A DNA stretch of 64,000 nucleotides, from the NCBI GenBank assembly GCA_013141075.1, contig JABFRQ010000004.1, positions 3,073 through 67,072 on the forward strand, given 5' to 3'. The notes beneath the pieces are model-generated. The model was not told the origin of the DNA and ran no database searches. It saw only the letters and a list, made by a program, of their open reading frames with translations. The number at the start of each line of letters is the position of its first letter. The stretch's first letter is position 1. Positions 28,369 through 39,867 of the stretch are shown in pieces. The position numbers and the translations under genes were made by a program. The DNA is from Methylotenera sp. Lineage in GTDB: Bacteria > Pseudomonadota > Gammaproteobacteria > Burkholderiales > Methylophilaceae.

Positions 28369-29713
28369 TTATTTTTTCAAGTTATTTTTCAATGATGAAA
28401 AATAACGTTCTGTTTCTTGCTTAATAATAGGCGATAGCCATAATAAACCCACTAAATTGGGTATTGCCATCATGCCGTTCATTAAGTCTGAGAAATTCCA
28501 CACAAACTCTAAGCTGGCGACTGAGCCTATCATCACGGCAACGGTAAAAAATACTCGGTAAATTTTAATCGATTTGTGACCAAATAAATATTCAATGGCT
28601 TTTTCGCCGTAGTAATTCCAGCCAATAAGTGTGGAATAGGCGAATAGCGCCGTGGCGATGGCGACCATCACGCTACCCGTGCTACCTAGCGTTTCTGCCA
28701 TACTGGCGCTGGTGAGTTCACTGGCACTCACGCCTTGAGTCCAGCTGGTGGCGGTTAAAATCACCAATGCAGTCATGGTGCAAACCACTAAAGTATCAAT
28801 AAATGTTTGCGTCATACTCACTAAAGCTTGTTTTACGGGGTCGTTGGTACGTGCAGCAGCAGCAGCAATGGGCGCAGAACCTAAGCCAGATTCATTAGAA
28901 AATACGCCGCGTGCAATACCATAGCGCATAGCCGCTGCCACCGTTGCGCCCAAAAAAGCCCCCAGTAGCAGCCGAAGGGCTGAAGGCCGCGCCAAAAATC
29001 AAGCCAAAGGCATGTGGAATTTGGTCTATATGCATGAACAATACGGTGAGTGAAACGCCAACGTAACCAACAATCATAAATGGCACTAAAAAAGAGGTAA
29101 ATTTTGCGATGGTTTTAATACCACCTAAAATCACCAAACCCGTAAGTAGTGTCAGCACAATGCCTGTGGCGGCGACTGGGATATGAAAGGTGCTTTCAAA
29201 GATTTTAGCCGTGGCATTGGCTTGCGTCATATTGCCGATGCCGAATGCTGCACACGCCGTAAAAATAGCAAACAAAGTGCCAAGCCAAGGTAAACCTACG
29301 CCCTTACTAAGGTAATACATAGGTCCGCCGCGCATGCCATGCTCGCCTTTCTCGCGATATTTTATCGCTAACACCGCCTCAGAGTATTTGGTTGCCATGC
29401 CGACTAGGCCTGTCATCCACATCCAAAATACTGCACCTGGCCCGCCGAGCGTAATCGCCGTGGCTACGCCAACAATATTGCCTATGCCTACCGTAGCCGC
29501 TAAAGCTGTCATCAGTGCCGCAAAGTGACTAATGTCGCCTTCATGTCCATGATCTTTAGCCCAAATGAGTTTGAACGCGTGCGGCAATGCGCGAAATTGC
29601 ATGCCTTTGAGAATAATAGTGAGATACAGCCCTGTGCCAACCAGCAAAGTTAACATTGGCGGCCCCCACACCCAGCCTGAAAGTGTTGAAATAATAGCTT
29701 CAAGTGATTGCAT
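28369..29713 (-). pseudogene. Alanine/glycine:cation symporter (AGCS), frameshifted
   Basis: TVGIGNIVGVA, WMW.....GMATKYSE; halves rejoin (GGFLGATVAAAMRYGIARG) by removing one base in the homopolymer runs at 28952-28963. Confidence 0.8.
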
Positions 29714-29796
29714 TGTGGGCGCCTATGGTTGAAATAAATTAGATTATAGACAGAACTTTTGTGGCTGTGTGAAAGTTGGGCGCTTAAGTATGATTG

Positions 29797-31107
29797 CTAG
29801 CTATTAAAGAGCGTCTTGAGCACAGCAATCATATAACTGTGGTCAAGCACGCCAGCGCTTTCACGCAGGCTGTGCATCGCCCACATGGGTGCGCCAACAT
29901 CTACACTTGGCACGCCTAAATTTGCTGCCACAATTGGACCGATAGTACTACCGCAGCCAAGGTCTGTGCGATGAGTGTATTGCTGGTAAGGTACATTTGC
30001 GCTTTCGCACAAGGTAATAAAGCGCGCGGCGGTTTCTGCATTGGTGGAATAACGTTGGTTTGCATTGGTTTTAATGACCACACCTTTGTTAACCAACGCA
30101 TGGTGACAAGGCTCATACGCTGCTGGGTGATTAGGGTGGTAAGCATGCGCCATATCTGCACTGATGAAAAAGCTTTGTGCGAGTGCGCGTAATTTTTCTT
30201 CAGCAGATAATTGTTGAGCACTTGAAATGCGGTTGATGACATCATTTAAAAAGCTACCGCTCGCGCCAGTGCTACTTTCGCTGCCGACTTCTTCATGGTC
30301 AAACAGGGCTATTATACAAGTTGAATCAGGTTTTTCAGTGGCAAGTAAAGCCGCAATTGCGGCGTGGCATGAAGCCAAATTATCCAGCTGGCTATTGGCA
30401 ATAAACTCTTGGTTTGCACCCCAAAACACGCCTTTTTGCGTATCAAATACATTGAGTTCAAACGTTAAAATGTCTTCAACATTCACTTTTAGTGCAGTTG
30501 CAATATGGGCTAAAAACTGTTTGTCAGCCTCTACTCCTTCGTCACTTTCACCAAAAATAAGCGGTAATTCAGTTTGCTTATTCAACACCAAGCCTTTGTC
30601 GTTCACTTCACGGTTCATGTGAATTGCAAGGTTGGGCAAGCGCATCAAGGCATTATCAAATTTTAATAACTTGGTTTCAAAGCCTGTAGCTGTGCGTATT
30701 GTTACACGGCCTGCCACACTTAAATCGCGATCAGTAAACGTGGCTAAAATCGGCCCACCATACACCTCAACACCTATGCGTACTAGGCCATCGCTACCAT
30801 AAGCGGCGCTTGGTTTTAAACGTAAGCCTGGCGAATCAGTATGCGCGCCAACCATGCGAAAGCCTGTATCTAACAAAGTTTTTTGCCCTAAGGTAAAAGC
30901 AATGATAGAAGCCCCTCCGCGCACCACGTAATAGCTACCGCCAGTATTGAGCTGCCAAGCTTGAGTCTCGCGCAACGCTGTAAAACCTTGCTTTAGTAAA
31001 CGCTGTTCAACTGTATTTACCGCATGCCACGGGCTTGGGCTAGCATCAATAAAATGCAGTAAATCCTGCGCTTGCGCTTTTGTGTATGATGAAACTTGAG
31101 TATTCAT
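29797..31107 (-). CDS. M18-family (aspartyl) aminopeptidase
   Basis: GAHTDSP, LDNLAS, DHEEVGS, SADMAH, MHS. Confidence 0.93.
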   Translation of the reverse strand: MNTQVSSYTKAQAQDLLHFIDASPSPWHAVNTVEQRLLKQGFTALRETQAWQLNTGGSYYVVRGGASIIAFTLGQKTLLDTGFRMVGAHTDSPGLRLKPSAAYGSDGLVRIGVEVYGGPILATFTDRDLSVAGRVTIRTATGFETKLLKFDNALMRLPNLAIHMNREVNDKGLVLNKQTELPLIFGESDEGVEADKQFLAHIATALKVNVEDILTFELNVFDTQKGVFWGANQEFIANSQLDNLASCHAAIAALLATEKPDSTCIIALFDHEEVGSESSTGASGSFLNDVINRISSAQQLSAEEKLRALAQSFFISADMAHAYHPNHPAAYEPCHHALVNKGVVIKTNANQRYSTNAETAARFITLCESANVPYQQYTHRTDLGCGSTIGPIVAANLGVPSVDVGAPMWAMHSLRESAGVLDHSYMIAVLKTLFNS

Positions 31108-31125
31108 GGCTAATAAATGTGCGGG

Positions 31126-32037
31126 TTAAGAAATTGAAAGCCAGTTTTTATCAATTAAAAAATCTGTATAAAGTTTAGCTTCTGCACTACCTGCTTCTGG
31201 TTTCCAGTCATAACGCCATTTCACAATTGGCGGCATTGATAGCAAAATTGACTCTGTGCGCCCGTTAGATTGCAAACCAAAAATCGTGCCACGGTCATAA
31301 ATTAAATTAAATTCTACGTAGCGGCCACGGCGATACGCTTGAAAATCACGCTCACGTTCGCCATAAGGCGTGTCTTTACGGCGTTGCACAATTGGCAAAT
31401 AGGCTTGTAAGAATGCACCACCCACGGCACGGTGAAGGTCAAAAGTACGCTCAAAGCCCAGTGCATTAAAGTCATCATAAAAAATACCGCCAATGCCGCG
31501 CGGCTCTTTACGATGTTTTAAATAAAAGTATTCATCGCATTCTTTTTTAAATTTTGGGTAAAAGCTCGTATCAAACGCATCTAAAGCGGTTTTATTGGTG
31601 CGGTGAAAATGTTCGGCATCTTCGGCAAAGCCGTAATATGGAGTTAAATCCATGCCGCCGCCAAACCACCAAATATCTTGCTCAGTGTCATTTTGAGCTT
31701 TGGCAATAAAAAAGCGCACATTCATATGCACAGTCGGCACATAGGGATTGCGCGGATGAAATACCAAAGAAACGCCCATTGCCTCCCAAGGGCGACCTGC
31801 CGCCTCGGGGTGAGCTACGCTGGCTGCGGGCGGCAATTTAGTGCCTAAAACGTGTGAAAAACCTACGCCAGCACGCTCAAACACATTGCCTTCTTCAAGC
31901 AAGCACGAGTTACCGCCGCCGCCTTCGGGGCGTTGCCAGCTATCTTGTAGAAAGGTTTTTCCGTCCACCAGTTCTACGGCTTCTACAATTTTAGCCTGAA
32001 GACTTTGCAAATAATTATATACGTCTTGGGTGTTCAT
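31126..32037 (-). CDS. hemF: Oxygen-dependent coproporphyrinogen III oxidase
   Basis: [34 protein letters not shown]. Confidence 0.98.
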   Translation of the reverse strand: MNTQDVYNYLQSLQAKIVEAVELVDGKTFLQDSWQRPEGGGGNSCLLEEGNVFERAGVGFSHVLGTKLPPAASVAHPEAAGRPWEAMGVSLVFHPRNPYVPTVHMNVRFFIAKAQNDTEQDIWWFGGGMDLTPYYGFAEDAEHFHRTNKTALDAFDTSFYPKFKKECDEYFYLKHRKEPRGIGGIFYDDFNALGFERTFDLHRAVGGAFLQAYLPIVQRRKDTPYGERERDFQAYRRGRYVEFNLIYDRGTIFGLQSNGRTESILLSMPPIVKWRYDWKPEAGSAEAKLYTDFLIDKNWLSIS

Positions 32038-32040
32038 GTT

Positions 32041-33309
32041 TTAACCTTTAATGGCTCTGTAGCCAATATCGGTGCGGTATTGCGCACCATCAAACTTAAT
32101 ATCTTCAATAATTCGATACGCTTGTTGTTGGGCAAATTTTACCGTTTCGCCAAGCGCGGTTACGCACAGTACGCGACCGCCGCTAGTTAATACTTTGCCG
32201 TCTTTTAATGTTGTGCCTGCATGAAAAACATGCGCATCTTCTAAATGTTTGGGTAAACCAGTGATTTCGTCGCCTAATCTTGGTGTGTCTGGGTAGTTGT
32301 GCGATGCCATCACTACGCCCAATGCATAGCGTCTATCCCATTCAGCCTCGGCTAAATTTAAAGTGCCAGCAACCGCATGTTCGGCTAGTGCGACAAAATC
32401 AGACTTCAAACGCATCATAATCGGCTGCGTTTCAGGGTCGCCCATGCGGCAATTAAATTCTAAAGTTTTGAGGCTGCCATTGGGTGAAATCATCAAGCCG
32501 GCATATAAAAAGCCAGTGTAAGGAATGCCATCTTTCGCCATGCCTTCAACGGTAGGGCGAATCACCTCGCGCAGTGCGCGGGCGTGAATTTCTGGCGTTA
32601 CGCATGGTGCAGGAGAATAAGCACCCATGCCACCCGTATTTGGGCCTTGGTCTGCGTCAAGCAAGCGTTTGTGGTCTTGGCTGGTAGCGAGTGCCAAAAT
32701 ATTTTTACCATCCACCATAACAATAAAGCTGGCTTCTTCGCCCGTTAAAAACTCTTCAATTACTACGCGCGCACCAGCGTCGCCAAGTTTGTTGTCAGAT
32801 AACATCGCATCAATCGCCGCGTGAGCTTCATCCAAATTCATGGCAACTACCACGCCTTTGCCGGCCGCCAAACCATCTGCCTTAATCACAATTGGCGCGC
32901 CTTGCTGGTTCACATAATCATGGGCTTTTTGCGCATCGGCAAACGTAGCATAAGCCGCGGTTGGAATGTTGTGGCGCACCATAAACGACTTGGCAAAATC
33001 TTTGCTAGATTCTAACTGCGCGGCCGCTTTAGTTGGGCCAAAAATCTTTAGCCCCGCCGCACGAAAAGCATCCACCACGCCTTGGCTTAGCGGCGCTTCA
33101 GGGCCGACAATTGTCAGGTGAATTTGCTCTTTTTGCGCAAACTCTAGTAAATCTGCCACGCTAGAAATTGGCACGTTTAGCATATCAGGGTTTGTAGCCG
33201 TGCCAGCGTTACCTGGCGCCACATACACGCGGCTCACTTCTTTATTTTGAGTGATTTTCCAAGCCAGTGCATGCTCGCGTCCGCCACTGCCGATTACCAT
33301 AACTTTCAT
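32041..33309 (-). CDS. purD: Phosphoribosylamine-glycine ligase
   Basis: GSGGREHALAW, KADGLAAGKGV, GPNTGGMGAY. Confidence 0.98.
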   Translation of the reverse strand: MKVMVIGSGGREHALAWKITQNKEVSRVYVAPGNAGTATNPDMLNVPISSVADLLEFAQKEQIHLTIVGPEAPLSQGVVDAFRAAGLKIFGPTKAAAQLESSKDFAKSFMVRHNIPTAAYATFADAQKAHDYVNQQGAPIVIKADGLAAGKGVVVAMNLDEAHAAIDAMLSDNKLGDAGARVVIEEFLTGEEASFIVMVDGKNILALATSQDHKRLLDADQGPNTGGMGAYSPAPCVTPEIHARALREVIRPTVEGMAKDGIPYTGFLYAGLMISPNGSLKTLEFNCRMGDPETQPIMMRLKSDFVALAEHAVAGTLNLAEAEWDRRYALGVVMASHNYPDTPRLGDEITGLPKHLEDAHVFHAGTTLKDGKVLTSGGRVLCVTALGETVKFAQQQAYRIIEDIKFDGAQYRTDIGYRAIKG

Positions 33310-33368
33310 TATTTTATATTTCCTATCTACCCTTAGAAGCCGTAAGTTCTGACTTCAAGTTAATTACG

Positions 33369-34034
33369 TTAATTAAAGACACTATTCAACCATTTTTCAA
33401 AATTAGAAGCTTTCGTCCTATCTAAAATACCTTTATTTAGAGCGCTGTTTAGAGGGAGTCCAGGTCTCTTTTGCCAAGCTCGCCATGAGAAAATTTTGGC
33501 TTTAGTGGAATGCAACTTTTGGTTGAATAAAGTGATAGGTAGATTTTTGATTGATTTATCTGCATATGCTAAAAGAGATAATTGGTTTTCATGAGTGACT
33601 AGTGACTCAATGAAATTCTCAAGCATGCCGTCATCTTTATGATTAGGCATTATCCATAAACCAATGCTTGGCAAGTTATCAGGATGAGAAAATATTTCAC
33701 CTTTATTGTTATTAGGTTTTACAGGAATGTTGTAGCCAAACTCATTGAGTTTTGATGTAACTAAAGTATATCTCTCTATAAAACCACCAGAATCATCTGG
33801 TGGGAAGTCCGCATCTAAAATTAAACCAAGTTTATCAATGCTCCCAGCATTTATTTGCTTGAGTAATATAGGTAAATTGTTAATTAAATTACTCCAGCCA
33901 TCACCTGAGTCAGCATCCAAATCAACTGGTGTGATAATTTTTACTTCTACATCTTTTAGACCGACAATTTTGCAGAAGCTTTGATGAAAATCGCGGTCAT
34001 CACGACCTTCAACGTACAATAAATTGACAGTCAT
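33369..34034 (-). CDS. DUF3226-like TOPRIM-motif protein
   Basis: LYVEGRDD, LILDAD, WIMPN...GMLE; AT-rich; TAATG overlap with upstream ATPase. Confidence 0.75.
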   Translation of the reverse strand: MTVNLLYVEGRDDRDFHQSFCKIVGLKDVEVKIITPVDLDADSGDGWSNLINNLPILLKQINAGSIDKLGLILDADFPPDDSGGFIERYTLVTSKLNEFGYNIPVKPNNNKGEIFSHPDNLPSIGLWIMPNHKDDGMLENFIESLVTHENQLSLLAYADKSIKNLPITLFNQKLHSTKAKIFSWRAWQKRPGLPLNSALNKGILDRTKASNFEKWLNSVFN

Positions 34035-35200
34035 TATCTAACCTCAAGGTCAGATGCAGTAATGGTTTTTAGCTCAGACTCATCGTAAACCGTTGCAATA
34101 ACTTTGCCATTATCGCTAGTTAGCTTGCTCTTTGACACTTTGAGTAGCACTCCATCTTCTTTCTTGTTTTCAATTGCAACTTTTGTAAAACTCTCAATAC
34201 AATCCCAGCTATGGGTTGTTGCAAATACTTGAATGTTTAGCTCTTCAGCCAACTTGAAGATAATGCGCCAAACTTCCTCTTGAACGCTGAAATGCAGGCC
34301 GTTTTCAAACTCATCAATCAATAAGATGCCATCCTTTGCAGGAAAGACTGATAGTACAAGTTGCAAAATACGAAACATTCCGTCGCCCATACTGTTTAAA
34401 GGGATTCTCTCATCACTATTGTTTAACTTTACTATTGCAAGCCTGTTTTTATTGCGGCTTGGCGGACTATTTATGTCCTCGACAAATGTTAAACGATCTA
34501 AATGCCCATCAATTATTTGTAATGCTTGAATAACCTGATCTTCTTTAGGACTTAAAGCGATTTTATCCCACAAATTTGCCAGTGCTTCAGCATTTAAGAA
34601 GTCTGTAGGTACATGGCTACAATTAGTGATTTCTTTAGCTGATGATCTCTGGAAAAATGGGGAGCTACGTGTCACTTCAATTTCATCATTTAAATCAAAG
34701 ACGGAAGTTCTGATGCCATTTCTAATCCTGATAGCTGGAATAGGATTCTCAGTTTCCGAAATTCTTTTTAAATCAGCTTGGGGGACAAAAATCCTTTTTC
34801 TAATTACATCAACATCTCCATTTTCATCAACAACTTCTTTAGTTTCTATATAGTAATAGACGTAATCAATCGTTAAATTTTTCTCACTACCAATTACAAT
34901 GCCATTTTTTTCATCCGTTGGTAATCGTCTATTATTAAATAGATGCCTGATTGATGCCCAAGTTAGTATTTGTTGGCCGCTAGAATTTACTTCAGATTCA
35001 AAGCTGAATGACTCGTCATGACCTAAAATAATTTCTCTAAGTAAACTAGAGTTAGCTTTCCCAGCAAAAATTCTAATTGCTTCCAGTACTGTGCTTTTGC
35101 CACTATTGTTCTTACCAACAATTAAATTCACGCGTCCAAGTTTCGGGATTTCCAAGTCTTCCAACATGCGGAAATTTTTAATGTGTAAATTGTTTAGCAT
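34034..35200 (-). CDS. AAA_15/AAA_21-type (ABC-like) ATPase
   Basis: Walker A GKNNSGKST, signature LNSMGDG, Walker B LLIDEFENGLH, ATTHS. Confidence 0.9.
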   Translation of the reverse strand: MLNNLHIKNFRMLEDLEIPKLGRVNLIVGKNNSGKSTVLEAIRIFAGKANSSLLREIILGHDESFSFESEVNSSGQQILTWASIRHLFNNRRLPTDEKNGIVIGSEKNLTIDYVYYYIETKEVVDENGDVDVIRKRIFVPQADLKRISETENPIPAIRIRNGIRTSVFDLNDEIEVTRSSPFFQRSSAKEITNCSHVPTDFLNAEALANLWDKIALSPKEDQVIQALQIIDGHLDRLTFVEDINSPPSRNKNRLAIVKLNNSDERIPLNSMGDGMFRILQLVLSVFPAKDGILLIDEFENGLHFSVQEEVWRIIFKLAEELNIQVFATTHSWDCIESFTKVAIENKKEDGVLLKVSKSKLTSDNGKVIATVYDESELKTITASDLEVR

Positions 35201-35216
35201 AATTTATCCTTAAGAG

Positions 35217-36824
35217 TTAATGCCTAAAATGCCGAATGCCAGTTGTGACCATCACCAAGCCGTGCTCATCGGCGGCGTTGATGACTTCTTCATCGCGCAT
35301 GCTGCCGCCTGGGTGAATCACGCAGCTTGCGCCTGCTTCAGCTAGTGCGTCAATGCCATCGCGGAACGGGAAGAATGCATCTGACGCAACCACTGAATTT
35401 TGCAAGCTCAACCCTGCATTTTGCGCTTTAATGATGGCGATTTTGGTGCTATCAATACGGCTCATTTGGCCTGCACCAACGCCCAGCGTCATTTCGTTGC
35501 CGCAGAAAACAATCGCGTTAGATTTCACATATTTCGCCACGCGCCAAGCAAATAGCATATCGGCCATTTGTTGTGGCGTAGGCTGTTTTTTGCTGATAAC
35601 TTTTAAATCAGATTGGCTAATTTCGTGGTTGTCAGCTGTTTGGATGAGGATGCCAGAACTTACACGTTTGCTTTCATGTGAGTTGCGGCCTTGTTCCCAA
35701 GCTGTTATTCCGCCAGTTGGTAATGCAATTTTAAGCACGCGAACATTCGCTTTTGCAGCAAAAATTGCCAATGCTTCTGTGGTGTAATCTGGTGCAATCA
35801 GCACTTCAACAAATTGCTTGCTTACCGCTTCAGCTACAGCTTTATCAACGGTTGTGTTAAACGCGATAATGCCGCCAAAGGCACTGCTTGGGTCAGTTTG
35901 GAAAGCTTTTGAGTAGGCTTCAAGTGCCGTATCACCCAATGCTACGCCGCAAGGGTTAGCGTGTTTTACAATCACGCATGCCGTTGAATCAAATGATTTA
36001 ACGGCTTCCCAGGCTGCATCACCATCTGCAATATTGTTAAAGCTTAATTCTTTGCCTTGCAATTGTTGCGCAGTCACCAGTGATCCAGGCGCGGGGTATA
36101 AATCGCGATAAAAAGCTGCTTGTTGATGCGGATTTTCACCGTAGCGTAAATCTTGCACTTTAATAAAATTGGTGTTGCTTTGCGCGGGAAATTGCAACGA
36201 TACAGGTTTGTTGCTTGCCATGCTGGCTGCGTAATCAATGGCAGATAAATAGTTGCTAATGGCAGCATCGTATTGCGATACACGGTTGAACGCGGCAACA
36301 GAAAGTTCAAACGTCGTGGCTTCAGCAACTGCTCCGCCTGTGCTTTGCAGCTCGCTAATTACGCCTGCATATTGGCTGGCGTCGGTGAGTACCGCAACGT
36401 CTTTCCAGTTTTTTGCGGCACTGCGCACCATGGCTGGACCGCCAATATCTATGTTTTCAATGGCATCTTCAAGCGTGCAATTTGGCTTGGCAACGGTCGC
36501 TTCAAATGGATATAAATTCACCACTACCATGTCAATATTCGGAATATCAGCCGCTTTCATCGCCGCCACATGCTCAGGTAAATCGCGTCTGCCCAAAATG
36601 CCGCCGTGCACTTTTGGGTGTAGCGTTTTCACGCGGCCATCTAGCATTTCGGTAAAGCCTGTGTAGTCGCTCACTTCAATCACAGGGATATTGTTATCGC
36701 GAAACAGTTTCGCGGTGCCGCCTGTAGATAATATTTCAATATTGAGTTTAGTAAGCGCGGTTGCTAATTCTAAAATGCCAGATTTGTCTGAAACGCTGAT
36801 GAGCGCACGTTTAATAGTTGCCAT
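35217..36824 (-). CDS. purH: Bifunctional AICAR transformylase/IMP cyclohydrolase
   Basis: [33 protein letters not shown]. Confidence 0.98.
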   Translation of the reverse strand: MATIKRALISVSDKSGILELATALTKLNIEILSTGGTAKLFRDNNIPVIEVSDYTGFTEMLDGRVKTLHPKVHGGILGRRDLPEHVAAMKAADIPNIDMVVVNLYPFEATVAKPNCTLEDAIENIDIGGPAMVRSAAKNWKDVAVLTDASQYAGVISELQSTGGAVAEATTFELSVAAFNRVSQYDAAISNYLSAIDYAASMASNKPVSLQFPAQSNTNFIKVQDLRYGENPHQQAAFYRDLYPAPGSLVTAQQLQGKELSFNNIADGDAAWEAVKSFDSTACVIVKHANPCGVALGDTALEAYSKAFQTDPSSAFGGIIAFNTTVDKAVAEAVSKQFVEVLIAPDYTTEALAIFAAKANVRVLKIALPTGGITAWEQGRNSHESKRVSSGILIQTADNHEISQSDLKVISKKQPTPQQMADMLFAWRVAKYVKSNAIVFCGNEMTLGVGAGQMSRIDSTKIAIIKAQNAGLSLQNSVVASDAFFPFRDGIDALAEAGASCVIHPGGSMRDEEVINAADEHGLVMVTTGIRHFRH

Positions 36825-36870
36825 GTGAAAACTCTAAAAAGTGAATTGGTATAAAGTAGGTTGCTAAAAA

Positions 36871-37104
36871 TTATTCAATATTGTGTTGCTGAAGTTTTTT
36901 GCGCAAGGTGTTGCGGTTGATGTCTAAAATTTCGGCCGCTTTGCTTTGGTTGCCGCTTACGTGCTGCATAATGTATTCTAAAAGTGGCTTTTCAATGCAG
37001 CTTAATACCATGTCGTATAAAGCGTGTGGCGGCTCGCCATCTAGGTCTTTAAAGTATTGATCTAGTGATGATTTTACGCTGTTAGCAAGCTCGCATTTAT
37101 TCAT
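36871..37104 (-). CDS. fis: Fis-family transcriptional regulator
   Basis: GNQSKAAEILDINRNTLRKKL; dusB-fis-purH order. Confidence 0.9.
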   Translation of the reverse strand: MNKCELANSVKSSLDQYFKDLDGEPPHALYDMVLSCIEKPLLEYIMQHVSGNQSKAAEILDINRNTLRKKLQQHNIE

Positions 37105-38126
37105 TATGCGGCCTCAAGTGCTTGTGAGTTAGATTCATCATATTGCAAACGGTGGTCACGACTTTGTAAATGATCAAAAAATTCATCAATCGCCGAAAGT
37201 TGCAGTGGAATGGTTTGTAAAGTATTCATATTGTGGCGAAAGGTTGCAGAATCTTTTAAACCCTTGGTGTACCAAGAAATATGCTTACGCGCCATACGCA
37301 TGCCTGTGAGCTCGCCATAAAAATCATATAAATCATGTAGATGCTCAAGCATTACCGTGCGAATTTCACTGACTTCAGGCGCGGGTAAATGCTCGCCTGT
37401 TTTAATAAAATGCTCAATCTCACGAAAAATCCACGGCCTGCCTTGCGCGGCGCGGCCTATCATTACGGCATCTGCGCCTGTGTATTCCAGCACAAATTTG
37501 GCTTTTTCTGGCGTGGTAATGTCGCCGTTGGCAATGAGTGGAATTTTAATCGCCTGTTTCACTGCGGCAATCGTGTCATATTCGGCATCGCCCATGTACA
37601 AACAAGCGCGCGTGCGGCCGTGCATGGCAAGTGCCTGCACACCTAAGTCTTCAGCCATTTTGGCAATTTGTACAGCATTGCGATTGTTTTTATCCCAACC
37701 TGTACGAATTTTTAAAGTGACTGGCACATCCACAGCATTCACCACCGCACGCAAAATTTGCGCGACCAATGGCTCATCTTTAAGTAGCGCAGAACCTGCC
37801 ATTACGTTGCATATTTTTTTAGCAGGGCAACCCATGTTAATGTCAATAATCTGCGCGCCGTTATCCACATTATGCCGCGCTGCATCTGCCATCATTTGAG
37901 GGTCAGCGCCTGCAATTTGCACTGAAATCGGGTCAACTTCACCCACGTGATTCGCACGGCGCAAAGTTTTTTCGCTACCGTATAGTAGAGAATTAGACGT
38001 TACCATTTCAGAAACAGCCAACCCAGCACCCATTTTTTTGCAAAGCTGGCGGAAAGGCCTATCCGTCACGCCAGCCATAGGGGCGACGATGAGGTTGTTT
38101 TTTAAAATATGGTTGCCGATTTGCAT
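37104..38126 (-). CDS. dusB: tRNA-dihydrouridine synthase B
   Basis: APMAGVTD, DINMGCPAKK, HGRTR. Confidence 0.96.
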   Translation of the reverse strand: MQIGNHILKNNLIVAPMAGVTDRPFRQLCKKMGAGLAVSEMVTSNSLLYGSEKTLRRANHVGEVDPISVQIAGADPQMMADAARHNVDNGAQIIDINMGCPAKKICNVMAGSALLKDEPLVAQILRAVVNAVDVPVTLKIRTGWDKNNRNAVQIAKMAEDLGVQALAMHGRTRACLYMGDAEYDTIAAVKQAIKIPLIANGDITTPEKAKFVLEYTGADAVMIGRAAQGRPWIFREIEHFIKTGEHLPAPEVSEIRTVMLEHLHDLYDFYGELTGMRMARKHISWYTKGLKDSATFRHNMNTLQTIPLQLSAIDEFFDHLQSRDHRLQYDESNSQALEAA

Positions 38127-38296
38127 TGTAATATTTGGGTGCTTTTATTCGTTTTTGCGTTATTTACGCCAAGTTGCCTATTTTATACGCAAATGAAGTC
38201 TCAGAAAACTTAAATCGCTACTTAAATTCGTATAAAAATAAAAGTTTGTATAATGGATGCACCTAACAATTAAATGCGGCAATTGAAAGCTTAATT

Positions 38297-39577
38297 TTGA
38301 ACACAAAAACATCACCATCCACCACGCATATCGCCTTTGCCAGTTTTATTGGCACGGCGATTGAGTTTTACGATTTTTATATTTACGCAATGGCATCTGC
38401 ATTGGTGATTGGGCAGGTGTTTTTTCCTGCAAGCGACTCAGCCGCGCAAGCTTTGAATGCTTTTCTCACCTTCGGCATTGCCTTTATTGCGCGGCCGCTT
38501 GGGGCAATTATTTTTGGTCATTTTGGTGATCGCATAGGTCGCAAAGCCACGCTCGCCGCATCATTGCTAGTGATGGGCATTTCAACCTTGCTAATTGGCT
38601 TCTTGCCAGGTTACGACACGCTGGGCACCTGGGCAGCCGTGCTGCTTTGTGTGTTGCGATTTGGCCAAGGTTTAGGGCTAGGTGGCGAGTGGGGCGGCGC
38701 GGCTTTGCTGGCTACTGAAAATGCGCCCGCAGGTAAACGCGGCTGGTTCGGCATGTTTCCACAGCTTGGGCCGTCAGTTGGCTTTTTGCTTGCCACTTTA
38801 AGTTTTTTGGCGCTCACTTTGTATTTAAGTGATGCTGAGTTTAAAGCTTGGGGTTGGCGCATTCCGTTTTTCGCCAGCGCTTTGTTGGTGCTGGTGGGTT
38901 TATATGTGCGCTTTAAATTGGCAGAAACACCCGCTTTTGCCAAAGTGCTAGCCGCGCACCATACGCACAAAACACCGCTGAAACCCTTATTGATAGGGCA
39001 CCTGCGGCCAGTTTTGTTGGGCGCGCTGGCCATGACGGTGTGCTACAACTTGTTTTACACCGCCACGGTTTTTTGTTTAAGCTATGGCACAAAAACTTTG
39101 CATATTCCACGTGCAGATTTTTTGCAAATGCTCTGCATTGCGGTGATTTTTATGGCAGTCATCACGCCAATTTCAGCCAGTTTGAGCGATAAATTTGGCC
39201 GTAAACCAGTGTTATTAGTTGGCTGCTTTTTGGCAATTTTGGCTGGCTTTGCTTTAAGCCCACTGCTGGCGAGCGGCTCAAATTTACAAATCACCCTATT
39301 TTTATCAATTGCCTTATTGTTAATGGGCGCGACTTTTGCTCCAATGGGCGCGTTTTTGCCTGAGCAGTTTCCTGTAGCGGTGCGCTACACAGGCGCTGGC
39401 TTGGCGTATAACTTAGGCGGTATTTTAGGCGCTTCAACCGCGCCATTTGTTTCGCAATTATTGGTAGAAAAGGGCGGCTTGGGTTGGGTGGGTTATTACG
39501 TTTCTGCCATGGCGCTGGTGAGTTTTATCGCAGTATTTTGCATGCGTGAAACTAACGAATCTACGATGTCACTTTAA
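38297..39577 (+). CDS. MFS transporter (metabolite:H+ symporter family)
   Basis: [26 protein letters not shown]. Confidence 0.93.
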   Translation: MNTKTSPSTTHIAFASFIGTAIEFYDFYIYAMASALVIGQVFFPASDSAAQALNAFLTFGIAFIARPLGAIIFGHFGDRIGRKATLAASLLVMGISTLLIGFLPGYDTLGTWAAVLLCVLRFGQGLGLGGEWGGAALLATENAPAGKRGWFGMFPQLGPSVGFLLATLSFLALTLYLSDAEFKAWGWRIPFFASALLVLVGLYVRFKLAETPAFAKVLAAHHTHKTPLKPLLIGHLRPVLLGALAMTVCYNLFYTATVFCLSYGTKTLHIPRADFLQMLCIAVIFMAVITPISASLSDKFGRKPVLLVGCFLAILAGFALSPLLASGSNLQITLFLSIALLLMGATFAPMGAFLPEQFPVAVRYTGAGLAYNLGGILGASTAPFVSQLLVEKGGLGWVGYYVSAMALVSFIAVFCMRETNESTMSL

Positions 39578-39846
39578 CTCGGCTTGGTTAAGCGTTCTAA
39601 GTTGCTTAACCAGTTGATTGCATACTCCTTTTGATTTTCAATACCTTCGCCGCCGCACATTTCCTCGCTCGGTTGCAAGCTTGCACAAAAAGCAGGCCGC
39701 TCAGGTTGACCAATAATCGCACAACGAAAATCATCTAATAGTTGAATGCAAGGCACACCCGCTGGCTTGCCGTTTGGCATGCCAGGTATCGGGCTGTTAA
39801 TAGAAGGCGCAGTGCAGCACGCGCCACAGTTGGGTTTGCAATTCAT
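39574..39846 (-). CDS. YkgJ-family cysteine-cluster protein
   Basis: C...CGACC.APSI......[10 protein letters not shown]. Confidence 0.85.
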   Translation of the reverse strand: MNCKPNCGACCTAPSINSPIPGMPNGKPAGVPCIQLLDDFRCAIIGQPERPAFCASLQPSEEMCGGEGIENQKEYAINWLSNLERLTKPS

Positions 39847-39867
39847 TAGTTGTTTGTTTTATCTAAA

